48,248 bases of DNA. Source: Methanosphaera sp. rholeuAM6 (GTDB lineage: Archaea > Methanobacteriota > Methanobacteria > Methanobacteriales > Methanobacteriaceae). The DNA is taken from assembly GCA_003266105.1 (NCBI GenBank), contig MVAA01000076.1, positions 1 to 48,248 of the forward strand. The letters run 5' to 3'. The notes beneath the pieces are model-generated. The model saw only the letters and a list, made by a program, of their open reading frames with translations. It had not been told where the DNA came from and did not search any database. Each line of letters starts with the position of its first letter. The stretch's first letter is position 1. Shown in pieces: positions 32,051 through 42,492 of the stretch. The position numbers were made by a program, and so were the translations under genes.

Positions 32051-32478
32051 ATAATTCCTCCGAATAATAAACTTTATCAATTACATTTATTCTTAATTAA
32101 TATATTTACTAAACCTCTATTTATTATTAGTTATTTGAAACCCTTCTAATGATTATAAGTTTCGCCATTATTAAAACTATTTAATGCCTTTTTACACGTT
32201 CTATTATTAAAACAAATACTTTTTCATCAACGAATAAAAATATGGCCATTGTTAATTTGTATAAATTAATAAATAAATGCTAATTAACTTTAATATAATT
32301 ATTTAAAGTATAATATATCAATATTATTTAAACCAGTATCTTGTAGCATGTTTTCATGAGTTTTTTGCACTGTTAATTCTTTTTTGTATAATTTCAGCTT
32401 TAATAATATGCTATTGTTGTTGATAATAATATTTATATATGTGGTATTCTAAAATACAATTGTTAAGGAAGTGATAAT

Positions 32479-32814
32479 ATGGATAAAATAGTTCATTATT
32501 CAATTAAAGATAAATTATCTGTGGATGATGTTATTTCAGTATCTGTTAGAATCACTGTGAAAGATTTTCCTGTTTCAGAGATTTTAGAGTATCATAATGG
32601 GGGCAAATGGTCTCAGGATATTTCTTCAATTACAAGAATATACAATGATACAGAGATTCAGGATCAATGGAGTAATTTTCAGTCCAGACTATTATCTTTC
32701 TTGGATGATGGGAATATGAGAGTCATAATGGATATTATGGCTGGGGATGATGAATTCTATTCCAGCAAATACGATATTCAGGTTGTTGTTACCTCCTATG
32801 AATTGCTTGAATAA
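32479..32814 (+). CDS. hypothetical protein
   Basis: 111-aa ORF with RBS-like AGGAAGTGA, upstream TATA-like tttatatat and a downstream T-tract. Confidence 0.6.
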   Translation: MDKIVHYSIKDKLSVDDVISVSVRITVKDFPVSEILEYHNGGKWSQDISSITRIYNDTEIQDQWSNFQSRLLSFLDDGNMRVIMDIMAGDDEFYSSKYDIQVVVTSYELLE

Positions 32815-32916
32815 TTCTACATCCTATCTTTTTTTACAACAATATTTAAACAATGTTTATTTTAATAGTTACTTTTATAAATAATACTTAATATACATAA
32901 TAGTATTAAGTATATT

Positions 32917-33855
32917 ATGAAAATCATTAACAACCAAAAGGGTTACACCACCAGTATAATCTTACTTCTACTGTTAATTCCACTGTTGCTACTGTTAACA
33001 ATAACAATAGACGAATACAGCCATGAAGTAGACAACACTGTAGAAAACCTACAAACAAAAAAAATGAAAAGCACGACACAAGACTTTGAAAACGAAATAG
33101 CAACAATAACAAAACAAACACTACATGACACAACATTAGAGGTAATTACCAGAAAACAGGCACTAACAAACAGTAAAAAATACATAAAAGATAAAATACA
33201 ATCAAAAATAGATACAATAGAACAAAAACAGAGAAAAAACAATATAAACATAGAATGCACAGTAAACGAAATAAAACCTGCAGATGACCCATTTAAAATA
33301 GAAATACACTACACACTACATGTCACAACCAACAACTCAAACTCAAAAATACAAAAGGAAGAAAACAGACATATAGAAATAACAGACACAAAATACCCCG
33401 TATACGATCCGCTGCCCACACTGAAAACAAGGGCAACATTCACGGACAGCAAAGTGGAATACACAGACAAGCTAGCAAACTACATAACAATAAACAATTC
33501 GAACGCATACTTAAATTCCACACAACATGTAACAATAAAGAAATGTCCAATAAATGACTATTCACAGCATGGAAACAGCAACATAACAATAAAAAACTGT
33601 TTAAACAACCATTACTATCATAACAGTCATGACGGACTATGCCTGCTATGCAGACTGGAAAACAGGACAACATGTGAACATTATGGATTTGAAACATTCA
33701 TACTACCGACAGAAAAGTTCGATAAAGCACCAGCATCAATAGATCATGTGCTGCTAAACGACCAACAGGGTCAATATGAAGGAAACAATATAACTATAGA
33801 CAATAACACCATCATCTACCTAGATAATGGACATAAAATAAAGTACGGATTATGA
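32917..33855 (+). CDS. class III signal peptide-like (pilin-like) protein
   Basis: N-terminus NNQKG|YTTSIILLLLL followed by a hydrophobic helix; Cys/His-rich C-terminal part (CLNNHYYH..GLCLLCRLE). Confidence 0.6.
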   Translation: MKIINNQKGYTTSIILLLLLIPLLLLLTITIDEYSHEVDNTVENLQTKKMKSTTQDFENEIATITKQTLHDTTLEVITRKQALTNSKKYIKDKIQSKIDTIEQKQRKNNINIECTVNEIKPADDPFKIEIHYTLHVTTNNSNSKIQKEENRHIEITDTKYPVYDPLPTLKTRATFTDSKVEYTDKLANYITINNSNAYLNSTQHVTIKKCPINDYSQHGNSNITIKNCLNNHYYHNSHDGLCLLCRLENRTTCEHYGFETFILPTEKFDKAPASIDHVLLNDQQGQYEGNNITIDNNTIIYLDNGHKIKYGL

Positions 33856-34691
33856 ACAATAAAGGACAAATAATAATAACAGACATGCTCTTATATCTAA
33901 TAATACTGACAGTAATATTGGGCATAATAGTATATACAACATCAACATTGAACGATAACCAGGTAACAAGAACAAATAACAAACAAATAAAAAACATATT
34001 GGAAGACACACTATCCATGCTTACAAAGACAAGCGGAACACCTGCAAACTGGCAATACCTTGACACAAACGACATAAAAATAATAGGATTGAAGTCAGAA
34101 AACAGCCAGTTGTTAAACTATAACAAACTAATGAAACTGAAACAGAACAACCAACTCCTAGATGAACTCATACCCGTAAACATGGACTACAGCCTAACAT
34201 TATACCCAAAAAACAATCCAAACAGCAAAGAACTAATAGCAGGAAAGGAATACCTGACAAACAAAAAACAAATACAGTCAAAGGATACAACAGTGGTACT
34301 TGACTATGAATACAAAACAACGTCATTTACCAAAGACAGCAACGCAGATACCTGCCCATACAACCATGATAACCAATGGAGCTGCAAAACAATAACAATC
34401 AATGAAACGTTGCTAAATCATGGAAAATACTATATAGTAACCGATGCCTTGACAGAATATGTTTTATCTAACACATACCAAGATAATATAACAGGACAAA
34501 CAAAAAATAAAATAAACATAAACCAACAACTTGAACAACTAAAATGCAATGAAAACCAGACAATATACATACACATTAAAACTAACACAAACAATACCTG
34601 TCTAGTGTATGATTCAAACAACAGGGAAAAATACTTGGACACAGTAATCAGACCGGAAATATACATATTGAATCTAAAAATAGCCACATAA
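33852..34691 (+). CDS. class III signal peptide (pilin-like) protein
   Basis: MNNKG|QIIITDMLLYLIIL (KG/Q cleavage pattern), then L.KTSGTPANW; ATGA overlap with the upstream gene. Confidence 0.65.
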   Translation: MNNKGQIIITDMLLYLIILTVILGIIVYTTSTLNDNQVTRTNNKQIKNILEDTLSMLTKTSGTPANWQYLDTNDIKIIGLKSENSQLLNYNKLMKLKQNNQLLDELIPVNMDYSLTLYPKNNPNSKELIAGKEYLTNKKQIQSKDTTVVLDYEYKTTSFTKDSNADTCPYNHDNQWSCKTITINETLLNHGKYYIVTDALTEYVLSNTYQDNITGQTKNKININQQLEQLKCNENQTIYIHIKTNTNNTCLVYDSNNREKYLDTVIRPEIYILNLKIAT

Positions 34692-35377
34692 TGGAGGATA
34701 ATATCAAAATGGAAGAGAAGGTAATGGATGCATTTAACAAAGCATCAAACGATTATGATAAATACAGAAAACAGGCAATACCAAACATGGAAATATACTA
34801 TAATACAGTTGTTAAACTAACACAGGAATATGAAAACCCAAAAATATTGGATTTAGGAGCAGGAACAGGTATACTAACACAATTACTCCACCAGCAACAT
34901 CCAAACAGTGATATAACACTAGTTGACATGTCAACAAAGATGTTGGACATTGCAAGAGAAAAATTTAAGACAACGGACTTCAAATACATAGAAGCAAACT
35001 ACATCGAATATGATTTCAATGAAAAATATGATGTGATAGTATCCTCACTATCCATACACCACCTGACGGATGAAGAAAAACATCTGCTCTACAAAAGAAT
35101 ACATGACATACTCAACCATGGAGGAGTATTCATAAATGCTGATCAGGTAAATGGGGAAACAGACTACACAGAAGAATTATATAAAAAACAAGACGAGTCA
35201 TACCTGGCAAAACAGGACATTCCGGAAAAGGAAAAGAAAATACTAAGACAAAGAAGAACACTGGATAAACCAGCAAAACTGTCAGATACAATAAACTGGT
35301 ATAAACAGATAGGATACAGGAACGTGGACGTATACTATAAGTACTACAGATACTTTGTGATAGCAGGAGAAAAATAG
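34691..35377 (+). CDS. class I SAM-dependent methyltransferase
   Basis: ILDLGAGTG, VDMS..ML, YDVIVSSLSIHHL, GGVFINAD. Confidence 0.88.
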   Translation: MEDNIKMEEKVMDAFNKASNDYDKYRKQAIPNMEIYYNTVVKLTQEYENPKILDLGAGTGILTQLLHQQHPNSDITLVDMSTKMLDIAREKFKTTDFKYIEANYIEYDFNEKYDVIVSSLSIHHLTDEEKHLLYKRIHDILNHGGVFINADQVNGETDYTEELYKKQDESYLAKQDIPEKEKKILRQRRTLDKPAKLSDTINWYKQIGYRNVDVYYKYYRYFVIAGEK

Positions 35378-35458
35378 CTTTACTCCACATTCAGTCTCCC
35401 CATTTTTACAACTATTATCTTTTAAATATTCTGGAAAACAAATAGCATAACAGAGAAC

Positions 35459-36127
35459 ATGACAGAAGATAACTATAAAACTTATTTTGGAATCGATTTA
35501 AAACAAACCATTAAAAATTACATAATTCTCACAATTGGATTGTTTATAATGTCCTTTGGAGTAGCATTATCCGTAATTTCTGACTTAGGTACAACACCAA
35601 TATCATGTATTCCAAACGTACTGAAATATGCAGTTCCATTATCCTTGGGAATGATAACAATCATTTTTAACTTTATATTAATAGTAATACAGGTAATAAT
35701 ACTGCGAAATGAGTTTGAAAGAAAGCAGTGGATGCAGATACTTGTCACGTTAATATTCGGATATTTCATAGACTTTGCCTTATATGTTCTTTCACCAGTT
35801 GAGCCAACAACTTACATTTCACAGTGGATTTTATGTATAATAAGCTGTTTTATAATAGCATTCGGTGTTTATCTTGAAGTCATGTCTAATGCAATTGTAC
35901 TGCCGGGGGAAGGAGTGTCCTTAGCGGTAAGGCATGCTACCGGTATTGAATTTGGGAAAATAAAATCAGCATTCGACACATCAAATGTAGTACTTGGAGC
36001 AATATTCTCAATAGCATTGTATGGTACATTTAAGGGTATTGGATTGGGAACAATATTTGCGGGAATAGTGGTTGGTTACATTGTCAGATTCTACAGGAAA
36101 ACGTTTAACAAATACAATAAAGAGTGA
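35459..36127 (+). CDS. YczE/YitT-like (DUF6198-type) membrane protein
   Basis: Multiple TM helices, LGTTPIS, LPGEG, KSAFD, GIGLGTI. Confidence 0.75.
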   Translation: MTEDNYKTYFGIDLKQTIKNYIILTIGLFIMSFGVALSVISDLGTTPISCIPNVLKYAVPLSLGMITIIFNFILIVIQVIILRNEFERKQWMQILVTLIFGYFIDFALYVLSPVEPTTYISQWILCIISCFIIAFGVYLEVMSNAIVLPGEGVSLAVRHATGIEFGKIKSAFDTSNVVLGAIFSIALYGTFKGIGLGTIFAGIVVGYIVRFYRKTFNKYNKE

Positions 36128-36161
36128 TTAAAAATAGGGGGGTTTATTGGAGAATAAAAAC

Positions 36162-37115
36162 TTATTCTCCTCTAGGGTCATTGTATAACCATTCAGCTTC
36201 TTCTTCCTGCGAATAGAATACTTTATCGTCCTGTGGACTGTAATATGGATAATTTTCTCTTACAGATACTTTTTTACCTTTATAAATAATGTCCACGTAA
36301 GCTCCTGCTTCATCTACTGAATAGATTTTAGTGTCATTATCGGTATCGCCGCCACGGGCAAAGTCTACTGTCATGTTGATGTAAATTATTTCACCAGTAT
36401 CGGCATTCATGTATGCAATACCAAGATCTTCCGTTTCCTGTGTATCTTCATTATATTTTTCTATTGAAATGTTGTAGTGTGGTGTACTGTCATTTAAGTA
36501 TCCTATGATAGTATAGGTTACTTCTTCCAGTGAATAATTATTTTTCAGTTGCTTATCCATAATTTCTCTAGCATCATTTACTGATAGTTTTGGCATCACT
36601 CCATCTATCTGGTCTGGTTCATCCCCTGTTTCTCCCCTTACTGCTCCACCAAGGAATGCATATCCATCATTGTCATTGCCTTCAGGGCCAGTGGTTGCGT
36701 CAACTTCAAGGTATGCGTACCATCCAAAGTCATCATACACATCCACGACATATACAGGATTATTGTTTTGGTATATTAACGTTGCTTTTGCAGTGTAGTT
36801 AACATTTGGATTTTCCAGTTTCATTATTCTTACAATTTCTTTTTCCATATCTGATTTGGAAATTTTTGGTTTGTTGTCACCCTCTTTTTTGTTGTCTTTT
36901 TTAATTTTGTCTGATGCTGATTGGTCTGATGTTTGTATGTTTCCTGTCTTGTTCACTTTTGTTACGTCAGCATCCCCCGTATCATTAATGAGGCTCTGAT
37001 TTTCAATATCAGTTACTGTCTGGTTGTTTTCGGTTTCAACAGTATGTATACAGCCTGATACTGCTACCACTGCTATAATAACAGTTAACATTAGTATTGG
37101 AGTAAATTTTTTCAT
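36162..37115 (-). CDS. secreted or lipid-anchored PepSY-domain protein
   Basis: MKK plus hydrophobic stretch plus SGC; two PepSY-like repeats (YVVDV..EVDATTG; YNISI..MNADTGEII); AGGAGG RBS. Confidence 0.65.
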   Translation of the reverse strand: MKKFTPILMLTVIIAVVAVSGCIHTVETENNQTVTDIENQSLINDTGDADVTKVNKTGNIQTSDQSASDKIKKDNKKEGDNKPKISKSDMEKEIVRIMKLENPNVNYTAKATLIYQNNNPVYVVDVYDDFGWYAYLEVDATTGPEGNDNDGYAFLGGAVRGETGDEPDQIDGVMPKLSVNDAREIMDKQLKNNYSLEEVTYTIIGYLNDSTPHYNISIEKYNEDTQETEDLGIAYMNADTGEIIYINMTVDFARGGDTDNDTKIYSVDEAGAYVDIIYKGKKVSVRENYPYYSPQDDKVFYSQEEEAEWLYNDPRGE

Positions 37116-37371
37116 TTTTGATTCCTCCTTTTATTATTTTATTTTTCGGCTTATTTTTGTAGTTATTTTCTATTTCTAGGCTTTTATTATATTGACTGTT
37201 GATTTTCATTGAAATTATTAACAGTCTAAATATTGCATTGTCAGAGCATATATAAATACTTTTGTTATATTTAAAGATATTGTAATTTCATTGTCATCAT
37301 ATAATATAGATAAATACCTGTTGTAACAAGTATGAACCAAAAATAGTGTTAAAATTGGGGGGATAATTGGA

Positions 37372-37956
37372 TTACCTATAGGCAGTAATCAATGTTATGT
37401 CTTCAAAAAATACGTGTTCAACAGCGGTAATACTAGCCGTTAATCCCATTTTTTCCAGAATTTGCAGCGTCTTATCATTGTCGGATAATGAAGACTGAAC
37501 TAACTGAAGCTTTCCACCATCTCTAAGATACTGTGGAACTTCCTCAAGGAATCTGTCAATAACTTCCCGTCCGTTTTCTCCACCATCCCATGCTTTTGAA
37601 TAATCATCATCAACATGCTCATCCTCAAGAACAGGCAGATATGGTGTGTTAAATAAGATTAAATCATATATACCATCAACGTTTTCAAACAGATCACTTT
37701 CAAAAACATTAACATTACCTCTCTTGTTTAACTTGACATTGTTCAAAGCACATTTTACGGCATGGGGATTAATGTCAACACCCGTAACTTCCAGACACTT
37801 AAAAGATGCACAAATACTTACAAGACCGGTACCGGTACCAATCTCCAATACCCTATCGGACTTGTCTATTTCCATGTTATCAATCAGTAGAAAGGTATCC
37901 TCGGCTGGAGGATAAACCTCACAGCACTCCACGTATTCAACGTTGTCGTACATCAT
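37372..37956 (-). CDS. HemK2/MTQ2-family protein methyltransferase
   Basis: VYPPAEDTFLL, LEIGTGTG, DINPHA, LFNTPY (NPPY-like), WDGGENGR. Confidence 0.9.
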   Translation of the reverse strand: MMYDNVEYVECCEVYPPAEDTFLLIDNMEIDKSDRVLEIGTGTGLVSICASFKCLEVTGVDINPHAVKCALNNVKLNKRGNVNVFESDLFENVDGIYDLILFNTPYLPVLEDEHVDDDYSKAWDGGENGREVIDRFLEEVPQYLRDGGKLQLVQSSLSDNDKTLQILEKMGLTASITAVEHVFFEDITLITAYR

Positions 37957-38786
37957 AATAATTCACCAACAATAACAGAAATTTCAAAAATGTCTTCAGG
38001 ACTTAGTTTAAACACCTTTTCTTCAAACAATACATTATCCACACCATCAAGAGCATGTTTAAGCTCCTTCCGGTCACAGCCTAATTCATGAGCAGACTGT
38101 ATTAAAGCCTTTTTAGCCTTTTTATTCCTATGCTGGAACAATGCACGCAGCACATCATCAAAACAATCATTTAACTTGACCCTATTATTTGGAACCAATT
38201 CGATAACGGCACTGTTAACCTTAGGCTGTGGAACAAAACAATTTGGCGACAGCGTGTCAATAATCCGTATATCCGCCCTGAAATATAAGGCAACAGATAA
38301 ACGGGAATATTCCCCCGTATTCACCTGCGCATTCATTCTCTTAGCAAATTCCAATTGATACATTAAAATAGCCTTTTTAAAATCGTATTCCAAAAGCTTG
38401 AATGTTACCGGTGAAGATATCTGGTAGGGTAGGTTTGATACAACCTTATCAAAAAGTGGAAAATCAATCTTTAATGCATCATCATTAATCAGTTCAACAT
38501 TATCCACTTTTTCATCAATCAATCTCTGTCTTAAAACTTCGGCAATAACGGGATCCTTTTCAATGGCAATAACTTTCAGGGCTCTTCTTGCTAATGGAAT
38601 TGTCAGGGTACCTATGCCTGCACCAATTTCCAATACACATTCATCAGGTTGAATGTCAGCATTTAACAGAATATTATCCAGTTTATTCTTGTCAATCAGA
38701 TAATTCTGGCTTTTATTCTTATCCAATCTTATATTGAATTGTTTTAAAATTTCCTTAGTGTTATTGGGCATAATATTTGTTCTCAT
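37953..38786 (-). CDS. rsmA: 16S rRNA adenine dimethyltransferase KsgA/RsmA
   Basis: QNYLID, LEIGAGIG, IEKD, VSNLPYQISSP, YSRLSV, PKVNSA; start may be 38771. Confidence 0.94.
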   Translation of the reverse strand: MRTNIMPNNTKEILKQFNIRLDKNKSQNYLIDKNKLDNILLNADIQPDECVLEIGAGIGTLTIPLARRALKVIAIEKDPVIAEVLRQRLIDEKVDNVELINDDALKIDFPLFDKVVSNLPYQISSPVTFKLLEYDFKKAILMYQLEFAKRMNAQVNTGEYSRLSVALYFRADIRIIDTLSPNCFVPQPKVNSAVIELVPNNRVKLNDCFDDVLRALFQHRNKKAKKALIQSAHELGCDRKELKHALDGVDNVLFEEKVFKLSPEDIFEISVIVGELL

Positions 38787-38861
38787 AATAACTTGTTATA
38801 AATAGTAAAAGTAATCGTATTTTGGTGGTTATTTTTTAGGAAAAAAAGTAGGGATTAATGA

Positions 38862-39230
38862 TTATCGGTATTGATCCAATAAATCCAAAATATTCTGCAA
38901 AGTTTCTGTATCAAAGTTTCCCCTTTCTTTTGCAAAAATCATTCTTAAGTCATCAAGATCTTCAGGCATTAAATCCACTACTTTAACCGCTTGATTAGTA
39001 GAAACATACTCTTCAAGTTTTGAAACTAACTCTTTAGCATCATCTGCACTTAATAATGCAAACTTACTAACATAATCAATAGTAAGATTTTGTTCATATG
39101 TAAATTGGTGGCCATCGACTTTGTTATTGTCATCAGCTTTATCTTCTACTTTTTCCATTAGAATTTCTTTTGCTTCAGCAATTGTAATAGGTTTGGTATC
39201 AATGACTTTTTTTCCAATCATCATAATCAC
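38862..39230 (-). CDS. rpoF: RNA polymerase subunit F (Rpo4)
   Basis: [40 protein letters not shown]; follows rpl21e. True start probably ATG 39221 or 39224. Confidence 0.92.
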   Translation of the reverse strand: MIMMIGKKVIDTKPITIAEAKEILMEKVEDKADDNNKVDGHQFTYEQNLTIDYVSKFALLSADDAKELVSKLEEYVSTNQAVKVVDLMPEDLDDLRMIFAKERGNFDTETLQNILDLLDQYR

Positions 39231-39523
39231 TCTTGAACTTGTAATTGAAGATGTTCTGGTCTAATAATTAATTCTTTAGCTTTGTTTCCGTCTTTAATTG
39301 CAACGAGGTATGCTCGTCCTTTTTTACCTACAACTTCACCAGTTTTTCCGTGGAATCTTGGGTGTGGTTGTCCTTTTTGGAAGCTAGAATCAGTTATTAT
39401 GTGAACTTTCTGACCATTTTCAAATACTTGAATCTTTTTACTTATAAGGTTAGCTCGTTTTGGTCTGATACTTTTTTTAAGTTTGTATCTTGAACGACTT
39501 TTAAATCCTTTTGATTTTTTCAT
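39227..39523 (-). CDS. rpl21e: 50S ribosomal protein eL21
   Basis: [30 protein letters not shown]. Confidence 0.95.
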   Translation of the reverse strand: MKKSKGFKSRSRYKLKKSIRPKRANLISKKIQVFENGQKVHIITDSSFQKGQPHPRFHGKTGEVVGKKGRAYLVAIKDGNKAKELIIRPEHLQLQVQE

Positions 39524-40114
39524 CTTTTATCATCTCATTTTAATTAATAGAATTTATTTTTTATAGGTTTTATAGGTTTTTCACAAAAATTTAGGTTTTA
39601 TTTAGTCGTATAAATTCTGACTAATAGCTAATTATTAGTATAACTAATTATCACGTGAATATTAAATTCTAATTATCATGTAATGAGTTATTTCTTCTTA
39701 TTAATTCCTTCAGAGCTAAGAAAGAAATCAGTATTAATTATAAACATATATCCTTCTTGCATATACAATCATAAAAACAAGAATTTCATCCTATGTTTAA
39801 TATTATATTATATATATAATCTTCATAGTTTATAAGTATATCTATATTATGAAAATTCACAATTTAAAAGTCATTAAAGACATGCAAATCATTTAATGGT
39901 CACCAATCTTATGAAATCACATTTGACATCATAAAAATACCAATTTAATAGCATTAACATAATGTCTATGCGAAATTCAAGTAAAAAAATCCTAAACAAA
40001 CAATTGAATAAGTAGTAACTTATAATTATTATATCAGACAAACATCAACTATATACTTATTTAAAGAAAATTACAAAACAGTACTTCAAATGGGAGTGGG
40101 TTAAAATTAAAAAA

Positions 40115-42448
40115 ATGAAGTATTTAATATTCTTCACCTGTTTATTTTTATTAATAGGCATATCCTCTGCAGCCACACAAAACACTACAGACTCATCACA
40201 ATCCGAGATAACAAAAACTACCCAGCAAATTCACGATACACAAAGCATGTCAGATGGAATAAATCAAACACTTAAACAAATAACAAAGAAAACCGACAAC
40301 ACTACTCAAAAAACACAGACTACAGCCAAAACCAATAAGATATATGTTAATCCCAATGCAACAAAAACACAAACAGGATCTTCAAAACATCCATATGCAA
40401 CAATACAAAAAGCAATCACCAAAACATTGGCAGGATATGAGAACATAATCTACCTAAGTGCAGGAAACCACAGGCTAAATACATCAGTAACAATCACAAA
40501 CACAGTGAAAATAATAGGAAAAGACAAAAACACCACAAAAATAATCTGCAACAATAATCAGGCATTCAGAGTCAGAGAATCTAACCTAACAATACAAAAA
40601 TTAACATTACAAAATGCCAAATATTCACAGGGAGGAGCAATTCTGGTAACGGGAAACTCGCAGATAGTCATTTACAACTGTACCTTTAAGAACAACGAGG
40701 CAAACAATGGTGGAGTAATATTTACATCAGGAAACAATATTATAGGAAAAATATCCAACACAAGATTTGAAAACAATAAAGCTATCCGTTTTGGAGCCGC
40801 ATTACAACTGGGAGGATTTAATTCTGTCTATACAATAAACAACTGTGTTTTTAACAATAATAAACTGACAGATACAGACTATTCACACAGTACAGGGGGA
40901 GCGGCAATCTACACATCCTCATTTGCAACTGTAAAAATCAACAAATGTACTTTCAAAAACAACGTGGCATTATGGGGAAACGCTATTCTAAACGGAAATC
41001 ATGCTACATTAAAGATAACAAACTCAAACTTCACAAACAACATTGCAAAACATAACACAAACTCTGAAAACAGAACCAAAGGTGGAGCTGTAGCAATAGG
41101 TAGTGGATATGCAGAAATAGGAAACTGTATATTTGCATCAAATAAGGCAGATATTGGCGGAGCAATATCAATAAACAGTGGAGAAACAACATACATATAT
41201 TCCTGTCTCTTCCAGCAGAACAGAGCATATTACAATGGTGGTGCAATAAACAATTACGGATCATTAATATTGAAAAAAAACAGATTCATAAAAAATACAG
41301 CACTTGAAAATGGTGGAGCAATACAGGATAAGGGAATAAATGAGGTAAAAATTGATGAATGCACATTTAAAAGCAACAAAGTGTCCTCTTCCAAAATGGA
41401 AAATGTTACACCTCTTTTTCCACAAGGAGGAGCAATAAGTATAATAGGAGCACCACCACACTTTATTATAAAAAACACAGTATTTGACCATAACAGTGCG
41501 TATTATGCAGGAGCAATATTTGCATACAGGAATACTAAATGGATAACACTAACAAACACAACATTCAAGAACAATACGGCATGCTATGGGGCAGCAATCA
41601 TAATCTCTGGAGAAACAACATTAACATTGGAGGATTCAACATTCAAATATAACAGAGCACTTAGAAAAGGTGGAGCAATAATAATCAACGGTTCATCACA
41701 GGCAAACTTCTACAACACCAAATTCATAAAAAATCAGGCAACGGTGAATAACGACGGTGATGGAGGAGCAATATACATAATGTGCTATGCAAGATTAAGC
41801 TTCAACAACTGTAATTTCGAAAGCAATTATGCTAAATATAAAGGTGGAGCAATCTGTGCAATTTCCGTAGTTAACATTCATATAGCCGGAAGTAACATGA
41901 CCAAAAACCAGGCAAAAACAGGAAGTGCAATATACTTGGACAATTCAAAGAATTTCAAAAAGCAATACAGCCAGATAATAGTTGACACATCAGCATTCAT
42001 ATCAAACAAGGGAAATTACACATTCTATTCAACAAAAGCATATAACAGTACATGCAATAACAACCTGGTAAGAACATGCTGGTGGGGAACAAATGTTGTA
42101 AAGGATAGTTTCACAAAGAATTTCAAAATTCTAAACCATCATATTCTGTCACTAAACTTAAACAGTGAAATAATAAATTATACTTGGACAAAAAGCAACG
42201 TAAAAATAACAATCAACAGAACACAAAATGCCCAAAAGGATTTGATTGCAACGACCTTCACAATAAAGGAAGGTAACACTTTACGCTACACTGATGCTTT
42301 CCTTCCAACAAGAACATTAAAGGTAACAGAAAACGATAAAAAAACAGTGACAAAAGACTTGTACGTATATTATCATATTGACATGTCTTTAAATAAGATA
42401 GTTTTACAATTGGATAATCAGAAAATAACAATAAACATAGTAAAATAG
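40115..42448 (+). CDS. adhesin-like secreted beta-helix protein
   Basis: Signal peptide, Thr-rich linker, IYVN..TGS..HPYATIQKAI, many GGAI / FxNN repeats; Asn/Thr/Lys rich. Confidence 0.85.
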   Translation: MKYLIFFTCLFLLIGISSAATQNTTDSSQSEITKTTQQIHDTQSMSDGINQTLKQITKKTDNTTQKTQTTAKTNKIYVNPNATKTQTGSSKHPYATIQKAITKTLAGYENIIYLSAGNHRLNTSVTITNTVKIIGKDKNTTKIICNNNQAFRVRESNLTIQKLTLQNAKYSQGGAILVTGNSQIVIYNCTFKNNEANNGGVIFTSGNNIIGKISNTRFENNKAIRFGAALQLGGFNSVYTINNCVFNNNKLTDTDYSHSTGGAAIYTSSFATVKINKCTFKNNVALWGNAILNGNHATLKITNSNFTNNIAKHNTNSENRTKGGAVAIGSGYAEIGNCIFASNKADIGGAISINSGETTYIYSCLFQQNRAYYNGGAINNYGSLILKKNRFIKNTALENGGAIQDKGINEVKIDECTFKSNKVSSSKMENVTPLFPQGGAISIIGAPPHFIIKNTVFDHNSAYYAGAIFAYRNTKWITLTNTTFKNNTACYGAAIIISGETTLTLEDSTFKYNRALRKGGAIIINGSSQANFYNTKFIKNQATVNNDGDGGAIYIMCYARLSFNNCNFESNYAKYKGGAICAISVVNIHIAGSNMTKNQAKTGSAIYLDNSKNFKKQYSQIIVDTSAFISNKGNYTFYSTKAYNSTCNNNLVRTCWWGTNVVKDSFTKNFKILNHHILSLNLNSEIINYTWTKSNVKITINRTQNAQKDLIATTFTIKEGNTLRYTDAFLPTRTLKVTENDKKTVTKDLYVYYHIDMSLNKIVLQLDNQKITINIVK

Positions 42449-42492
42449 AAGATAACTTCTATTTTCATACTCATTTTTTTAATAAGAAAATA

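Noticed and set aside
39651..39658. tcacgtga palindrome resembling a parS core
   Set aside because: The flanks do not match the 16-bp consensus, and a single 8-mer is not significant
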